Source of the DNA: Fibrobacterales bacterium | Lineage (GTDB): Bacteria > Fibrobacterota > Fibrobacteria > Fibrobacterales > JAOPTW01 | DNA length: 15,830 nt | Reading direction: 5' to 3' | Assembly (NCBI GenBank): GCA_051532035.1 | Contig: JAOPTW010000076.1 | Location: 1 to 15,830 of the forward strand | Shown: positions 15,437 to 15,830 of the stretch, one piece after another | Numbering within the stretch: position 1 is the first letter of the stretch | Layout of the letters: each line of letters starts with the position of its first letter | Position numbers and translations under genes: made by a program | Notes under the pieces: generated by a model | The model's input: only the letters and a program-made list of their open reading frames with translations | Database searches by the model: none | What the model was told of the DNA's origin: nothing

Positions 15437-15830
15437 ATGAAAACCTATCTCAATCGCACATCATTATGGTTGGCTTTACTCCCAGCTCTTGCCTGTGCAC
15501 ACGGTGTAGCCGGTGGAGACCAAGGATATATTCAAGAAGTGAGTGGAACCAATAGTATCCCCTACATGTACCTTGGCGCAAAGCACATGGTTACGGGTTA
15601 CGACCATCTCCTTTTTCTATTTGGTGTCATCTTTTTTTTATACAAACTAAAAGACATCGGAGTGTATGTAAGCTTATTTGCCATAGGGCACTCCCTAACC
15701 CTTTTATTTGGCGTTTTTGCAGAGGTAGCAGTAAATGCATACCTGATTGATGCTATAATTGGGTTATCAATTGTATATAAAGCACTGGATAACCTTGGTG
15801 CATTTAAGCAATGGTTCGGCATACAACCCA
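15437..15830 (+). CDS. HupE/UreJ-family membrane protein, 5' partial (not in the ORF track)
   Basis: Manual translation: MKTYLNRTSLWLALLPALACAHGVAGGDQGYIQ...YLGAKHMVTGYDHLLFLFGVIFFLY...SLFAIGHSLTL...IDAIIGLSIVYKALDNLG. Signal peptide ending AH, G.DHL and GHS.TL motifs; AGGA SD; open to the window end. Confidence 0.9.
   Translation, partial: MKTYLNRTSLWLALLPALACAHGVAGGDQGYIQEVSGTNSIPYMYLGAKHMVTGYDHLLFLFGVIFFLYKLKDIGVYVSLFAIGHSLTLLFGVFAEVAVNAYLIDAIIGLSIVYKALDNLGAFKQWFGIQP

Noticed and set aside
720..15822. Short ORFs nested in or antisense to the main genes (e.g. 720-929, 3155-3484, 3754-4140, 8631-9026, 9691-10029, 11797-12186, 13072-13452, 14860-15090, 15598-15822)
   Set aside because: Shadow frames of well-supported genes with no recognisable motifs.

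Overview
AT-rich bacterial chromosomal window of mostly unlinked genes, with no mobile element, CRISPR array, rRNA or intact tRNA. The Ser/Glu-rich linker and C-terminal sorting-like domain of a secreted protein suggest an FCB-group organism, possibly Fibrobacterota (inference only). In order: the 5' part of a DUF3365 (Tll0287-like) sensor gene interrupted by an in-frame TAG; an aldehyde dehydrogenase; a large secreted modular protein (uncharacterised beta-propeller, ricin-type trefoil, Ig-like domain, S/E linker, CTD); a TonB-dependent receptor preceded by a coupled 15-codon uORF; a DinB/DUF1569 protein; a secreted discoidin plus proline-free collagen plus fibre-like protein with three 11-bp direct repeats upstream; a 5'-truncated M6 metallopeptidase; a sigma70 promoter and cobalamin riboswitch driving cbiB-cobD-cobT; an orphan family-3 solute-binding protein; a small membrane protein; and the start of a HupE/UreJ-family gene that the ORF track missed. 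The best novelty candidates are the two secreted modular proteins, the amber-interrupted sensor and the uORF-coupled receptor. All family assignments are by motif recognition, not database search.
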